Source of the DNA: a phage
Sequence record: PZ386951.1
Direction: 5' to 3' (one strand)
Length of the DNA stretch: 64,000 nucleotides
A program made the translations under genes and the position numbers. Within the stretch, counting starts at the first letter, position 1. The number at the start of each line of letters is the position of its first letter. A model generated the notes under the pieces. It saw nothing but the letters and a program-made list of their open reading frames with translations, was not told where the DNA came from and made no database searches. Below, in pieces: positions 42,408-54,900 of this stretch.

Positions 42408-44672
42408 TCATAATTTACAGGATGAACAATCTTCAGCTTTAGGAGTTTCTATTTCATAATCATCAGTACCAGAACCATCACGGGTATTATGATAATAGAA
42501 ATTTTTTCCGCCAAAATACCAGAAATACAAAAGGTCATCAATCATTATTGACATTGGAACCTTTCCTTTTGGAAAAATCTGCGGGTCATAATATGTATTC
42601 GCTGAAGCTGATTGACATACCCATTTCAGCATAATAGCTACCTGCGTAAGATAAGGTTTATTACCTTTCTTAGCTAATTTCCACGTATAATCATATAGGT
42701 CTATGTTATGTTCAATATTGGGCACGACTTGATTAAAGGAACCCTCTTTTGATTCTTTAACAGAGACTGGTCCACGTGGAGGCTCGATACCGTTTGTACT
42801 GTTAGAAACTTGGGAAGATGACTCACACGGCATAAGTGCTGATAATGTGCTATTACGGATGCCAAAGAGCTTAAGGTCTTCCCGCAGCGACGACCAGTCA
42901 CAAACGTATTTTGGAGCTGCGATTTGGTCAATCTTTTTATTGTACCAGTCGATAGGTAATTCGCCTCGAGACCAACGAGTGTCTGAATAATATTCGCAAG
43001 GTCCTTTTTCTTTGGCGAGTTTAATGGATGCTTTAATGAGTCCATACTGTAATCTCTCAAATAGTTCATGTGTTAAATCATTAGCATCTTCATAAGAAGC
43101 AAAGTTACTTGCCAGCCAAGCTGCATAGTTGGTAACACCTACACCGAGGTTACGACGCTTTTTAGCTTTTTCTGCTTCAGGAACTGGATATCCTTGGTAA
43201 TCCAATAGATTATCAAGAGCACGAACTTGAACTTCTGCCAATTCATTAATTTTATCTTGGTCTTGCCAATCGAAGCTATCCAACACAAATGCAGATAACG
43301 TACACAATCCAATTTCAGCATCAGGACTATTCACATCATTTGTTGGAATAGCAATTTCACAGCACAAGTTACTCTGACGGATAGGTGCCTTTTCACGAAT
43401 AAACGGAGTGTAGTTATTCGTATTATCAATGAACTGCACATAAATCCTTGCTGTTCCTGAGCGTTCAGTCATGAGCAATTCAAATAGTTCACGGGCTTTA
43501 ATACGCTTTTTACGAATATTAGGGTCTTTTTCTGCTGCTTCGTATAATTCACGGAAACGGTCTTGGTCTTTAAAATAAGAATAATAAAGCTCGCCACCCA
43601 TTTCATGGGGACTAAATAACGTAATGTAATCGTTCTTTCCGAATCGTTCCATCATCAAATCATTCAGTTGAACACCATAATCCATATGACGAATGCGGTT
43701 TTCTTCTACACCTTTGTTATTTTTCAAAACGAGAAGATTTTCAACTTCCAAATGCCAAATAGGATAATAAGCAGTAGCAGCGCCGCCACGAATTCCACCC
43801 TGTGAGCATGATTTAACTGCAGTCTGAAAATGTTTCCAAAAAGGAATAACACCAGTATGGCGTACTTCGCCCATGCCAATCTTAGAACCTTCGGCACGAA
43901 TCATACCAACGTTAATACCAATTCCAGCGCGTTTAGAGATATATTCAACAATTGAAGCGGAAGCCTTATTGATAGACTTTAATGAATCACCTGCCTCAAT
44001 AACAACGCATGAACTAAACTGCCGAGTTGGAGTACGGCAACCAGCCATAATAGGAGTTGGCAATGAAATCTGTCGAGTAGATACTGCTTCATAAAAACGA
44101 ATAACATGTTTTAATCTATCAACAGGTTCATCTTGATGCAATGCCATTCCAATAGTCATAAATGCAAACTGTGGAGTTTCATAAATTTGACCAGTGGTTT
44201 TATCTTTAACTAGATATTTTTCTTTTAATTGCATCGCCCCGGAATAAGTAAATTCCATATCCCGCTCGTGCTTAATTTTTGATTCTAAAAATGTAATTTC
44301 TTCTGCTGAATATTTTGACAATAATTCAGGGTCATATTTACCTTCATTTACACAGTAAGAAATATGGTCAATAAATGAACGCGGTTCATACTGCCCATAA
44401 ACATGCTTACGAAGAGCAAACATTAAACAGCGTGCAGCTACATATTGATAATCAGGTTCTTCAACCGAAATAGAATTCGCAGCGGCCTTAATGACAATAG
44501 TCTGAATATCATCAGTTGTCATTCCATCACGGAGATAAGATTTAATATTTTCATATAATTCATAAGGATCTACTGATGTTCCCTCAGCTGCCCAAGATAA
44601 AACTTTAATAATTTTTTGTGGGTCAAAGCTCTGAGAAACACCACTACTTTTGATAACATTAATTAATTGCAT
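42408..44672 (-). CDS. nrdA: ribonucleotide reductase large subunit
   Basis: 754 aa; N-terminal ATP cone and class I RNR catalytic cysteines. Confidence 0.96.
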   Translation of the reverse strand: MQLINVIKSSGVSQSFDPQKIIKVLSWAAEGTSVDPYELYENIKSYLRDGMTTDDIQTIVIKAAANSISVEEPDYQYVAARCLMFALRKHVYGQYEPRSFIDHISYCVNEGKYDPELLSKYSAEEITFLESKIKHERDMEFTYSGAMQLKEKYLVKDKTTGQIYETPQFAFMTIGMALHQDEPVDRLKHVIRFYEAVSTRQISLPTPIMAGCRTPTRQFSSCVVIEAGDSLKSINKASASIVEYISKRAGIGINVGMIRAEGSKIGMGEVRHTGVIPFWKHFQTAVKSCSQGGIRGGAATAYYPIWHLEVENLLVLKNNKGVEENRIRHMDYGVQLNDLMMERFGKNDYITLFSPHEMGGELYYSYFKDQDRFRELYEAAEKDPNIRKKRIKARELFELLMTERSGTARIYVQFIDNTNNYTPFIREKAPIRQSNLCCEIAIPTNDVNSPDAEIGLCTLSAFVLDSFDWQDQDKINELAEVQVRALDNLLDYQGYPVPEAEKAKKRRNLGVGVTNYAAWLASNFASYEDANDLTHELFERLQYGLIKASIKLAKEKGPCEYYSDTRWSRGELPIDWYNKKIDQIAAPKYVCDWSSLREDLKLFGIRNSTLSALMPCESSSQVSNSTNGIEPPRGPVSVKESKEGSFNQVVPNIEHNIDLYDYTWKLAKKGNKPYLTQVAIMLKWVCQSASANTYYDPQIFPKGKVPMSIMIDDLLYFWYFGGKNFYYHNTRDGSGTDDYEIETPKAEDCSSCKL

Positions 44673-44989
44673 AAGTCCTCAACTTGAAAATCGTCTTTAA
44701 ACAATCGGTTAACTATATGAGCTATTATATCACCATGACACGGCTTTGGTTTACATGTGCATCCTAGCCTCATTCCACGTAAAGGCTCTAAATGTGCTTT
44801 AGTTATTTCTCCGGATTTAATTCGACGTATAAAATCTTTTTTGAATAATTCAATGGCAGCCTCCCGGCTGCCAGCATCTTTACCGACGTAATTTCCCCAA
44901 AATGTACCGCGGTGAATATTAACATCAAAGTCGGATTTATATTTATTCACTACCCGGCATAAACGGCCCGCGCGGTTGTAGGTGTTCAT
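44663..44989 (-). CDS. hypothetical protein (nrdA.1 position)
   Basis: 108 aa with ATG start. Confidence 0.55.
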   Translation of the reverse strand: MNTYNRAGRLCRVVNKYKSDFDVNIHRGTFWGNYVGKDAGSREAAIELFKKDFIRRIKSGEITKAHLEPLRGMRLGCTCKPKPCHGDIIAHIVNRLFKDDFQVEDLCN

Positions 44990-45206
44990 ATTGTTCTTCC
45001 GTTAAAACAGTAATATCGTAGTAACAGTCAGAAGAAGTTTTAACTGTGGAAATTTTATTGTCAAAATACTCACGAGTCATTTTATAAGTATAATATTTTT
45101 TACCATAAATGGTAATAGGCTGTTCTGGTCCTGGAACTTCTAACTCGCTTGGGTTAGGAAGTGTAAAAAGAACAACGCCAGAAGTATCTTTAAATCGTAA
45201 AATCAT
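44943..45206 (-). CDS. hypothetical protein (nrdA.2 position)
   Basis: 87 aa with ATG start. Confidence 0.5.
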   Translation of the reverse strand: MILRFKDTSGVVLFTLPNPSELEVPGPEQPITIYGKKYYTYKMTREYFDNKISTVKTSSDCYYDITVLTEEQYEHLQPRGPFMPGSE

Positions 45207-46063
45207 ATTGCCATTTTCCCTTTAATTGCTGAATGCGATTCATAATTTTCAAGGATAAAATCTTTCGGTTTCATGTATTCAGTTAACCAGTAAAGCTGTG
45301 TTTCGGTGTCACAATTTCCAAACTCTATAGGCCAATCAATTTTAAGTTCACATAGTTCTTTAGGCTCACGACGTAAAATTTCTTTACATTGCTCAGTATG
45401 ATTCATATAGATGTGAGTATTACCACCAGAAAATATCAAATCTCCTGGGATAAGATTACACATCTTAGCCACAATATGTGTCAAGGCAGCGTACGAGGCA
45501 ATGTTGAATGGCAATCCCAAGAAAACATCTACACTTCTTTGGTACCATTGTAAATCAAGATAACCATTACGCACATTAAACTGATAGAACATATGACAGG
45601 GCGGTAATGCCATTTGATTGATTTCAGCTGGATTCCATGCTGAAACGATTTGACGTCGATCAGTTGGTAATTTTTTAATACGATCAATAGTTTCAACTAA
45701 TTGATCCACACCACCGAAATCACGCCATTGTTTACCGTATATAGGACCAAGTTCACCGCTATGATATCCTAGGTCTTTAGCCTGGTTTTCATAGTTATCG
45801 TCCCAAATAGTTTTACCTTGAATAAGACTACCATGAGTGCGAAGACGTAAATCATTAACATTGGTAGAACCGGAAATAAACCATAGAAGCTCAGCAATAC
45901 ATGCGTTCCAGGCGAGCTTTTTAGTTGTTACTGCAGGAAAGCCTTTAGTTAAATCCCAACGCAATTTAGTACCGAACAAAGCGATTGTTCCTGTGCCTGT
46001 ACGATCATCGGTTTCATAACCATTTTCAAAAATGTCTTTAATTAAATCTTGGTATTGTTTCAT
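45203..46063 (-). CDS. td: thymidylate synthase, uninterrupted
   Basis: 286 aa continuous ORF; [26 protein letters not shown] and active-site PPCH matching T4 Td. Confidence 0.96.
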   Translation of the reverse strand: MKQYQDLIKDIFENGYETDDRTGTGTIALFGTKLRWDLTKGFPAVTTKKLAWNACIAELLWFISGSTNVNDLRLRTHGSLIQGKTIWDDNYENQAKDLGYHSGELGPIYGKQWRDFGGVDQLVETIDRIKKLPTDRRQIVSAWNPAEINQMALPPCHMFYQFNVRNGYLDLQWYQRSVDVFLGLPFNIASYAALTHIVAKMCNLIPGDLIFSGGNTHIYMNHTEQCKEILRREPKELCELKIDWPIEFGNCDTETQLYWLTEYMKPKDFILENYESHSAIKGKMAI

Positions 46064-46078
46064 TTAACACCTATATAA

Positions 46079-47271
<1,193 letters not shown>

Positions 47272-47275
<4 letters not shown>

Positions 47276-47631
47276 ATCACCTCCCACTGAAATGGACCAG
47301 AAGCAAATCCGCTATCTTTAATCATTTTAACTAAAGTTACCATTCCTCTGTTAACTGCTTGTGCGATTTCATCAAAAACTTCATCACTATCACCATAAAG
47401 ATCGCTAAAAAGTTCTAACACGTTCTTCTGAACTTTTAATTTACAGCCAACAAATTCGCCTACAGTAAATTCGTTTCCGCCAACTCCAGCGTAAAACGTA
47501 ATTACACCAGTTAATGGTCTTTCACTAGAACATAGGTCGTGTGATAAATTAATATAAGCCGTCCCGGGTGCAGTTTTAAGTTGGCAACGAATACTTACTC
47601 GAGCAATTCCAGCTACACGAATGTCAGACAT
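47272..47631 (-). CDS. hypothetical protein (frd.2 position)
   Basis: 119 aa with ATG start. Confidence 0.55.
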
Positions 47632-47641
47632 ATTATTTTCC

Positions 47642-47884
47642 TCAAACAGACTTTTTCACAATTTTCCAATCAGCTTTAAACTGCTCGACGTCAGAATGGT
47701 AAATCCAGAATCCTGCGCTTTCTCCATCCTTATAAAGAGGGCATCCATCGCATTCATCTTCCCATCCCATATCACGTAAAAGATGTTCAGCTTTTTCAAC
47801 GAGCTCAGAATCTTTACCGATGATATTAAAATACCATTTACCTCTAACTTCTGAATCTTTGATGCTCTGGCGTTGTAATCTCAT
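47642..47884 (-). CDS. hypothetical protein (frd.3 position)
   Basis: 80 aa with ATG start and GAGGAG SD; preceded by an early promoter hairpin at 47897-47942. Confidence 0.55.
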   Translation of the reverse strand: MRLQRQSIKDSEVRGKWYFNIIGKDSELVEKAEHLLRDMGWEDECDGCPLYKDGESAGFWIYHSDVEQFKADWKIVKKSV

Positions 47885-47941
47885 TTTATTCTCCTCAGTA
47901 GTTGATAGAGTAATAGTATCACACTACTACCCTGTTGTAAA

Positions 47942-48307
47942 CTACTTTTTGAAAGTTTTTCGCAAAAGTTCAATGATTTCATCTACATTGTTTTCGTCAA
48001 CAATGCAGTGAATTTTTGTTACGCCAGAAACCTCGTCTTCGATTTCATCTTCTTCAGAAGTCTGTTCTTTATACTCACGAAAACAATGAAATTCATCTTC
48101 ACAAATGTTAAAGTAAAAATGTTTTCCATTTGCGCATTCAATGTGTTTTATTGCTCTAAATCCATCAACAAAGAAAGCTTCTTTAACTTCAAACCATCCG
48201 CCATTTTCTTGAATAATTTTAACTATTGCTGAATTAGAACGTGGGCGATAATTAATAAATGTATCAATAAGTCTTGGAACAAGTTCATACTTTTTACCGG
48301 TATACAT
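47942..48307 (-). CDS. hypothetical protein
   Basis: 121 aa with ATG start. Confidence 0.55.
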   Translation of the reverse strand: MYTGKKYELVPRLIDTFINYRPRSNSAIVKIIQENGGWFEVKEAFFVDGFRAIKHIECANGKHFYFNICEDEFHCFREYKEQTSEEDEIEDEVSGVTKIHCIVDENNVDEIIELLRKTFKK

Positions 48308-48327
48308 TGCGTTTTCCTCATTTTAAT

Positions 48328-48345
48328 AGGGGCTTGATAGCCCCT
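48328..48345. terminator. hairpin AGGGGC-TTGATA-GCCCCT
   Basis: inverted repeat in the intergenic gap. Confidence 0.45.
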
Positions 48346-48351
48346 TGATAA

Positions 48352-48579
48352 TTATTGTTCAATCAGTCCCATGTAAAATTCTGCGTCTTCGGCATCCATG
48401 CCATCACAATATTCATTAGCCATAAAGCGGGTGAGGTCTTCAAGAGGACCTTCAATAACGATTTGAATACTCCAAAACTTAGAATCTTGCACGCTTGTGA
48501 TACTAAGTTCAGGATAACGATTACGAATAATCTCTTCAATATATTCAAAATCAATGATGTCAATATCAACTTTAGCCAT
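48352..48579 (-). CDS. hypothetical acidic protein
   Basis: 75 aa with ATG start. Confidence 0.5.
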   Translation of the reverse strand: MAKVDIDIIDFEYIEEIIRNRYPELSITSVQDSKFWSIQIVIEGPLEDLTRFMANEYCDGMDAEDAEFYMGLIEQ

Positions 48580-48684
48580 ATTATTTTTCCCCTTTAATTA
48601 TCAGCAGTATTGCCGATAGTTGTATAATACCATGGAACGACAAGGATGTAAACAGTTTTGTGAAAAAATTTTTAAAATAAAAAA

Positions 48685-48703
48685 GGGGACCTCTAGGGTC
48701 CCC
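48685..48703. terminator. hairpin GGGGACC-TCTA-GGGTCCCC downstream of gene 32
   Basis: GC-rich inverted repeat flanked by A/T tracts. Confidence 0.55.
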
Positions 48704-48725
48704 GATTAATTAGTAATATAATCTA

Positions 48726-49634
48726 TTAAAGGTCATTCAAAAGGTCATCCAGGTCCGTGTCATCAGCACTAGATGAACTGCCAGAGCTTGAGCTCATAAA
48801 ATCATCTTCAGTTTTTGTTTTGAAGTCATCAACATTGAATGCATCCAAATCATCAGCAACTTTATCAGCTTTCTTAGCGGCAGTTGCTGCGGCACCACCC
48901 ATAGCAGCAGTTCCCATAACTTGACTGAACTTAGTGCTCAGTTCTTCAAACGATTTGAATTTATCTTTAGAAGTCATTTCAGAAAGGTCAACCATTTGTT
49001 CGAACAGTTCTTTCTGGAAAGATTCATCGTCAATGTTTGGAATCGCAGATTGATTCAGGAATTTAGATTCGTCGTAGTTACTAAAACCAGAAACTTGTTT
49101 AACTTTCAGTACAAAGTTAGCACCTTCCCACGGACAAGTTACATCAACTGGAGTTTCACCCATTTCAACATCAACTGCAATCATTGCATTGATTTTATCC
49201 CAGATTTTCTTACCGAAACGGTATTTAAATACTTTGCCTTCATTTTCTGGAGCAGCTGGGTCTTTTACTACAAGAATGTTAGCCCAGTAAGAAGTTTTAC
49301 GTTTAACAAGACCGTACTCTTTATTGTCAGTGTTGTACAAATCATTTTTACTGATGTACTGACATACTGGGCAAGAATCGTAATCACCGTGGGTAGATGA
49401 ACAGTTTTCAATATACCATTTACCATTTTTCTTGAAACCGTGATTTACAAGAATTGCAAATGGTGCTTGTTCATCATTTTTAGACGGAAGAAAACGAATT
49501 ACTGCTTGACCGTTACCCGCATTGTCGAGTTTCAGTTTCCACTCGCCTTTGTCTTCAGAAGAAAAACCACCTTTATTTCCAGCCAGTTTAGCCATTTGCG
49601 CAGCGAGTTCAGCAGTAGATTTACGTTTAAACAT
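48726..49634 (-). CDS. 32: single-stranded DNA binding protein gp32
   Basis: 302 aa; [50 protein letters not shown] and acidic C-terminus; matches T4 gp32. Confidence 0.97.
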   Translation of the reverse strand: MFKRKSTAELAAQMAKLAGNKGGFSSEDKGEWKLKLDNAGNGQAVIRFLPSKNDEQAPFAILVNHGFKKNGKWYIENCSSTHGDYDSCPVCQYISKNDLYNTDNKEYGLVKRKTSYWANILVVKDPAAPENEGKVFKYRFGKKIWDKINAMIAVDVEMGETPVDVTCPWEGANFVLKVKQVSGFSNYDESKFLNQSAIPNIDDESFQKELFEQMVDLSEMTSKDKFKSFEELSTKFSQVMGTAAMGGAAATAAKKADKVADDLDAFNVDDFKTKTEDDFMSSSSGSSSSADDTDLDDLLNDL

Positions 49635-49717
49635 TTTTATTTCCTTTTTAATTTAATTAACAGTTGGTGCTATGACGATGTATGACCTCATAGCTGGTCA
49701 GTGAGATAATTATAATC

Positions 49718-49725
49718 TATTTATA
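49718..49725 (-). promoter_or_regulatory. T4-type late promoter on the minus strand upstream of gene 32
   Basis: plus-strand TATTTATA is TATAAATA on the minus strand. Confidence 0.45.
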
Positions 49726-49733
49726 ATAAGCAA

Positions 49734-50387
49734 TTAATACTTGCAAGATTTCACAGTTTCAATAAAAACTTTTTTAGCTTCCTGTGAATCGATATTTAAA
49801 ATTTTTCTATAAGCCTTTAACTTTATAGAATAATTATTCCAGACTAAATTATCAGTCTGTTCATCATGTTTATCAATTATATTTAAAAACGAATCAAGCA
49901 AGATAAACGTCTCAAACGAAATTATATTCGATTGAAGTAGTTTAAAAATATAACTTGATTGAACTTTTGGATTATACTCAAAGATTTCTTTAAAAGCAGA
50001 AACTTCAACTTTTTTACTAAAATAATAAATGTTGCGAATATCTTCTTCAAACTTAAATTTAATTTGCTTTAAGCGTCCGATATATTCACGATAAAACACA
50101 AGTGCATCAGCGTCAGAGATGTCACCAATCCAAGCATCTTGGTTAGCAACCAAATTGCTTATAAAGATTAAAGCAAGTTCCTTTAATTTATATTTTTCTG
50201 ATAACTTCTGGAAAAAATACTTATCCCTTCGCTTTTGATAAGCGGCATCAGACACCCGCATGCACCAATTATACTTAATAACATCATACTTTCCATTCAT
50301 ATGTTGTTTTATCATTAAGTATAATTTATAAACTGATTTACCATCAATGTATCTTTCACCACCAGCAGGCATGCGGAGTTTAATCAT
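49734..50387 (-). CDS. 59: helicase loader gp59
   Basis: 217 aa, same length as T4 gp59; MIKLRMPAGGERYIDGKSVYKLYLMIKQHMNGKYD. Confidence 0.95.
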   Translation of the reverse strand: MIKLRMPAGGERYIDGKSVYKLYLMIKQHMNGKYDVIKYNWCMRVSDAAYQKRRDKYFFQKLSEKYKLKELALIFISNLVANQDAWIGDISDADALVFYREYIGRLKQIKFKFEEDIRNIYYFSKKVEVSAFKEIFEYNPKVQSSYIFKLLQSNIISFETFILLDSFLNIIDKHDEQTDNLVWNNYSIKLKAYRKILNIDSQEAKKVFIETVKSCKY

Positions 50388-50722
50388 AGTAGAAAATCTA
50401 ACGTATTCGTTTTTTCACATCTAACAACAGAAGGACGTAAAAGATTTTCGTCAATAGCTTCTGACTGAATTTTTTCAATTATACCCGAAGGAATAAATTT
50501 AGCAAATTGAGTTTCAGGAATAGAGTTTTCTTCCAAGAATGCTGTCGTAGCTTCAAGATAACTCATTCCAAACTCTTCTACCATTTTTTCAATAATAAAT
50601 CCATTTTCTTGACGATCAAGAAGCTTTGCAATTTCATCCTTTTCTTTCTTAATTGAAAGTTCTTTTTCTGAAAGACCGGTCTCATCGACCGGACGAATAT
50701 CATTTAGAGAAAACTGTGTCAT
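50384..50722 (-). CDS. 33: late transcription co-activator gp33
   Basis: 112 aa from MTQFSLND (track starts at a TTG at 50731); T4 gp33 position and size. Confidence 0.88.
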   Translation of the reverse strand: MTQFSLNDIRPVDETGLSEKELSIKKEKDEIAKLLDRQENGFIIEKMVEEFGMSYLEATTAFLEENSIPETQFAKFIPSGIIEKIQSEAIDENLLRPSVVRCEKTNTLDFLL

Positions 50723-50969
50723 AAAGTTCAACTACCTCTTCAGTTTCAGCTTCAAACACATCACGGTTATCTTTATGATACAAAGCTAATAGACGATTAA
50801 ACATCTTACCATCAACACCGAGTTCATCTTTAGCACGAATTCGAATATCTTTAATCAGTTCATTATAACCGGAAATTTTCAGTTTATGATCAGATGCTTC
50901 TTTAATAAATTTAGCCAAGTCTTCGCCATGGATAGCTTCATCAAATTCAACCATTTCTTTTTTAGCCAT
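50700..50969 (-). CDS. dsbA: double-stranded DNA binding protein DsbA
   Basis: 89 aa, same length and position as T4 DsbA. Confidence 0.85.
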   Translation of the reverse strand: MAKKEMVEFDEAIHGEDLAKFIKEASDHKLKISGYNELIKDIRIRAKDELGVDGKMFNRLLALYHKDNRDVFEAETEEVVELYDTVFSK

Positions 50970-50977
50970 TATTCACC

Positions 50978-51895
50978 TCAAAATTCATTAATGCTATTAG
51001 TTAATTTAGAAAGACCCGCTTTTACAAAATATGAATAAATTTTGCCACGCGGTGGTAATTTATATGAATTATAGTAATTCACAATGTTTGAAGCAATATT
51101 ATCAGGAATATAATCAAAATCAATTAAAACTAAATTTTCTTTATAACGATTATATTCAGATTCTGTGAGAAGCACCTTAGCTTGCTCACGGTCATTAGCA
51201 ATAGCTTCAACGATTGAAGTTTTCATTGAAGGAGTTCGTTCACCTTCAACTCTGGTAAACCAAAAGTCAGACCGTACTTTAACTGAAGCAACGTTATCCT
51301 TTTTGTCGCCTTTAAGGATTTTAGTCATACAGTCAATTTCAGCAGAACCGCTTTTAATTTTAACCCATTTCTTATGCATCGGTGACCATTGCTTAACATT
51401 TGGGTATTTGTGAAGTTGAGTAAAGTCACCATCCGATGAAATGATTAAAATCTTGTGTCCTTCTAAAGAGAACTTTTTAACAAGAACAGCAATGTGGTCA
51501 TCTGCTTCATACTTATCAATATCCATAACAATGTATGGCATATAAGCTTTCAATTCATCTATAACTTTATGGCTGGATTCAAAATAACCTTCCCAGTCCC
51601 AAGTAGATTCTTCTCGTGCTTTTCCACGGTTTTTCTTGTAATAATACGCGAAATCACGACGCCAGTATCCAGATTTCGCGTTATCAATACACAGTACAAT
51701 TTTAGTGTATCCAAGCGTTTTTGCTTTTTTGACATTAAACTTAATTGAGTTCAATATCAAATGACGAACCATTGATAAATTAATTTTTTCTTTATCTGGG
51801 AAGTTTACCAGAGCAGTTGAAAGCGCAATTTGACTAAAGTCAATAAAGCAAATTCCTTCTTTGTAGTCTTCATCCAGCATCATTTCTAAATCCAT
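50978..51895 (-). CDS. rnh: RNase H (5-prime to 3-prime exonuclease, FEN-1 family)
   Basis: 305 aa from MDLEMMLDEDYKEG (track starts at a TTG at 51910); matches T4 RNase H. Confidence 0.94.
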   Translation of the reverse strand: MDLEMMLDEDYKEGICFIDFSQIALSTALVNFPDKEKINLSMVRHLILNSIKFNVKKAKTLGYTKIVLCIDNAKSGYWRRDFAYYYKKNRGKAREESTWDWEGYFESSHKVIDELKAYMPYIVMDIDKYEADDHIAVLVKKFSLEGHKILIISSDGDFTQLHKYPNVKQWSPMHKKWVKIKSGSAEIDCMTKILKGDKKDNVASVKVRSDFWFTRVEGERTPSMKTSIVEAIANDREQAKVLLTESEYNRYKENLVLIDFDYIPDNIASNIVNYYNSYKLPPRGKIYSYFVKAGLSKLTNSINEF

Positions 51896-51957
51896 ATGAA
51901 CCTCGTTCAATTAGTGAGATTTCTATTATATACCATCCAAATCTTAAAGTAAACAAG

Positions 51958-51965
51958 TATAAATA
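51958..51965 (+). promoter_or_regulatory. T4-type late promoter TATAAATA upstream of gene 34
   Basis: exact TATAAATA 35 nt upstream of ATG 52000. Confidence 0.6.
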
Positions 51966-51999
51966 CTTATTATTGAAAACACAATAGGAGCCCGGGAGA

Positions 52000-54900
52000 A
52001 TGGCCGAGATTAAAAGAAAGTTCAGAGCAGAAGATGGTCTGGACGCAGGTGGTGATAAAATAATCAACGTAGCTTTAGCTGATCGTACCGTAGGAACTGA
52101 CGGTGTTAACGTTGATTACTTAATTCAAGAAAACACAGTTCAACAATACGATCCAACTCGTGGATATTTAAAAGATTTTGTAATCATTTATGATAACCGC
52201 TTTTGGGCTGCTATAAATGATATTCCAAAACCAGCAGGAGCTTTTAATAGCGGACGCTGGAGAGCATTACGTACCGATGCAAACTGGATTACGGTTTCAT
52301 CTGGTTCATATCAATTAAAATCTGGTGAAGCAATTTCAGTTAACACCGCAGCTGGAAATGACATCACGTTTACTTTACCATCTTCTCCAATTGATGGTGA
52401 TACTATCGTTCTCCAAGATATTGGAGGAAAACCTGGAGTTAACCAAGTTTTAATTGTAGCTCCAGTACAAAGTATTGTAAACTTCAGAGGTCAACAAGTA
52501 CGTTCAGTACTAATGACTCATCCAAAGTCACAGCTAGTTTTAATTTTTAGTAATCGTCTGTGGCAAATGTATGTAGCTGATTATAGTAGAGAAGCTGTAG
52601 TTGTAACACCAGCGAATACTTATCAAGCACAATCAAACGATTTTATCGTACGTAGATTTACTTCTGCTGCATCGATAAATATTAAGCTTCCAAGATTTGC
52701 TAATCATGGCGATATTATTAATTTCGTCGATTTAGATAAACTGAATCCACTTTATCATACAATTGTTACTACATACGATGAAACTACTTCAATACAAGAA
52801 GATGGAACTCATTCTATTGAAGGCCGTACATCGATTGACGGTTTCTTGATGTTTGATGATAATGAGAAATTGTGGAGATTGTTTGACGGGGACAGTAAAG
52901 CACGTTTACGTATTATAACAACTAATTCAAATATTCGTCCAAATGAAGAAGTCATGGTATTTGGAGCGAATAACGGAATAGCGCAAACAATTGAACTCCA
53001 GCTTCCAACTAATATTTCTGTTGGTGATACTGTTAAAATTTCCATGAATTACATGAGAAAAGGACAAACAGTTAAAATCAAAGCTGCCGGTGAAGATAAA
53101 ATTGCTTCTTCAGTTCAATTGCTACAATTCCCAAAACGTTCAGAATATCCACCTGAAGCTGAATGGGTGACTGTACAGGAATTAGTTTTTAACGGTGAAA
53201 CTAATTATGTTCCAGTTTTACAACTTGCTTATATAGAAGATTCTGACGGAAAATACTGGGTAGTACAGCAAAACGTTCCAACTGTAGAAAGAGTTGATTC
53301 TTTAAATGATTCTACTAGAGCAAGATTAGGCGTAATTGCTTTAGCTACACAAGCTCAAGCTAACGTCGATTTAGAAAATTCTCCACAAAAAGAATTAGCA
53401 ATTACTCCAGAAACGTTAGCTAATCGTACTGCTACTGAAACTCGCAGAGGTATTGCAAGAATAGCAACTACTGCTCAAGTGAATCAGAACACCACATTCT
53501 CTTTTGCTGATGATGTTATCATCACTCCTAAAAAGCTGAATGAAAGAACGGCTACTGAAACTCGCAGAGGTGTTGCTGAAATTGCTACGCAGCAAGAAAC
53601 TAATGCAGGTACTGATGATACTACAATCATTACTCCTAAAAAGCTTCAAGCTCGTCAAGGTTCTGAATCATTATCTGGTATTGTAACTTTTGTATCTACT
53701 GCAGGTGCTACTCCAGCTTCTAGCCGTGAATTAAATGGTACGAATGTTTATAATAAAAACACTAATAATTTAGTTGTTTCACCTAAAGCTTTGGATCAGT
53801 ATAAAGCTACTCCAACGCAGCAAGGTGCAGTAATTTTAGCAGTTGAAAGTGAAGTAATTGCTGGACAAAGTCAGCAAGGATGGGCAAATGCTGTTGTAAC
53901 GCCAGAAACGTTACATAAAAAGACATCAACTGATGGAAGAATTGGTTTAATTGAAATTGCTACGCAAAGTGAAGTTAATACAGGAACTGATTATACTCGT
54001 GCAGTCACTCCTAAAACTTTAAATGACCGTAAAGCAACTGAAAGTTTAAGTGGTATAGCTGAAATTGCTACACAAGTTGAATTCGACGCAGGCGTCGACG
54101 ATACTCGTATCTCTACACCATTAAAAATTAAAACTAGATTTAATAGTACTGATCGTACTTCTGTTGTTGCTCTATCTGGATTAGTTGAATCAGGAACTCT
54201 CTGGGACCATTATACCCTTAATATTCTTGAAGCAAATGAGACGCAACGTGGTACACTTCGTGTAGCTACACAGGTTGAAGCTGCTGCAGGAAAATTAGAT
54301 AATGTTTTAATAACTCCTAAAAAGCTTTTAGGTACTAAATCTACCGAATCGCAAGAGGGTGTTATTAAAGTTGCAACTCAATCTGAAGTTGTGGCTGGAA
54401 CGTCAGCGAATACTGCTGTATCTCCAAAAAATTTAAAATGGATTGTGCAGAGTGAACCTTCTTGGAGAGCAACTACTGCGGTAAGAGGGTTTGTTAAAAC
54501 TTCGTCTGGTTCAATTACATTCGTTGGTAATGATACAGTCGGTTCTACCCAAGATTTAGAACTTTATGAGAAAAATAATTATGCGGTATCACCATATGAA
54601 TTAAACCGTGTACTTGCTAATTATTTACCATTGAAAGCTAAAGCTGCTGATACAAATTTATTGGATGGTCTAGATTCATCTCAGTTCATTCGTAGGGATA
54701 TTGCGCAGACGGTTAATGGTTCACTAACCTTAACCCAACAAACGAATCTGAGTGCCCCTCTTGTATCATCTAGTACTGCTACGTTCAGTGGTTCAGTTTC
54801 GGTAAATACATTAACTATTTCTAAAACTGGAACAGCAGCTCGTCTGATTTTTGAGAAAGGACCTCAAACTGAAACTAACCCAGCGCAGACGGTGACTATC

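Noticed and set aside
45203-46063. Searched for a group I intron and intron-encoded endonuclease in td (and in nrdB)
   Set aside because: Both genes are continuous full-length ORFs with no insertion.
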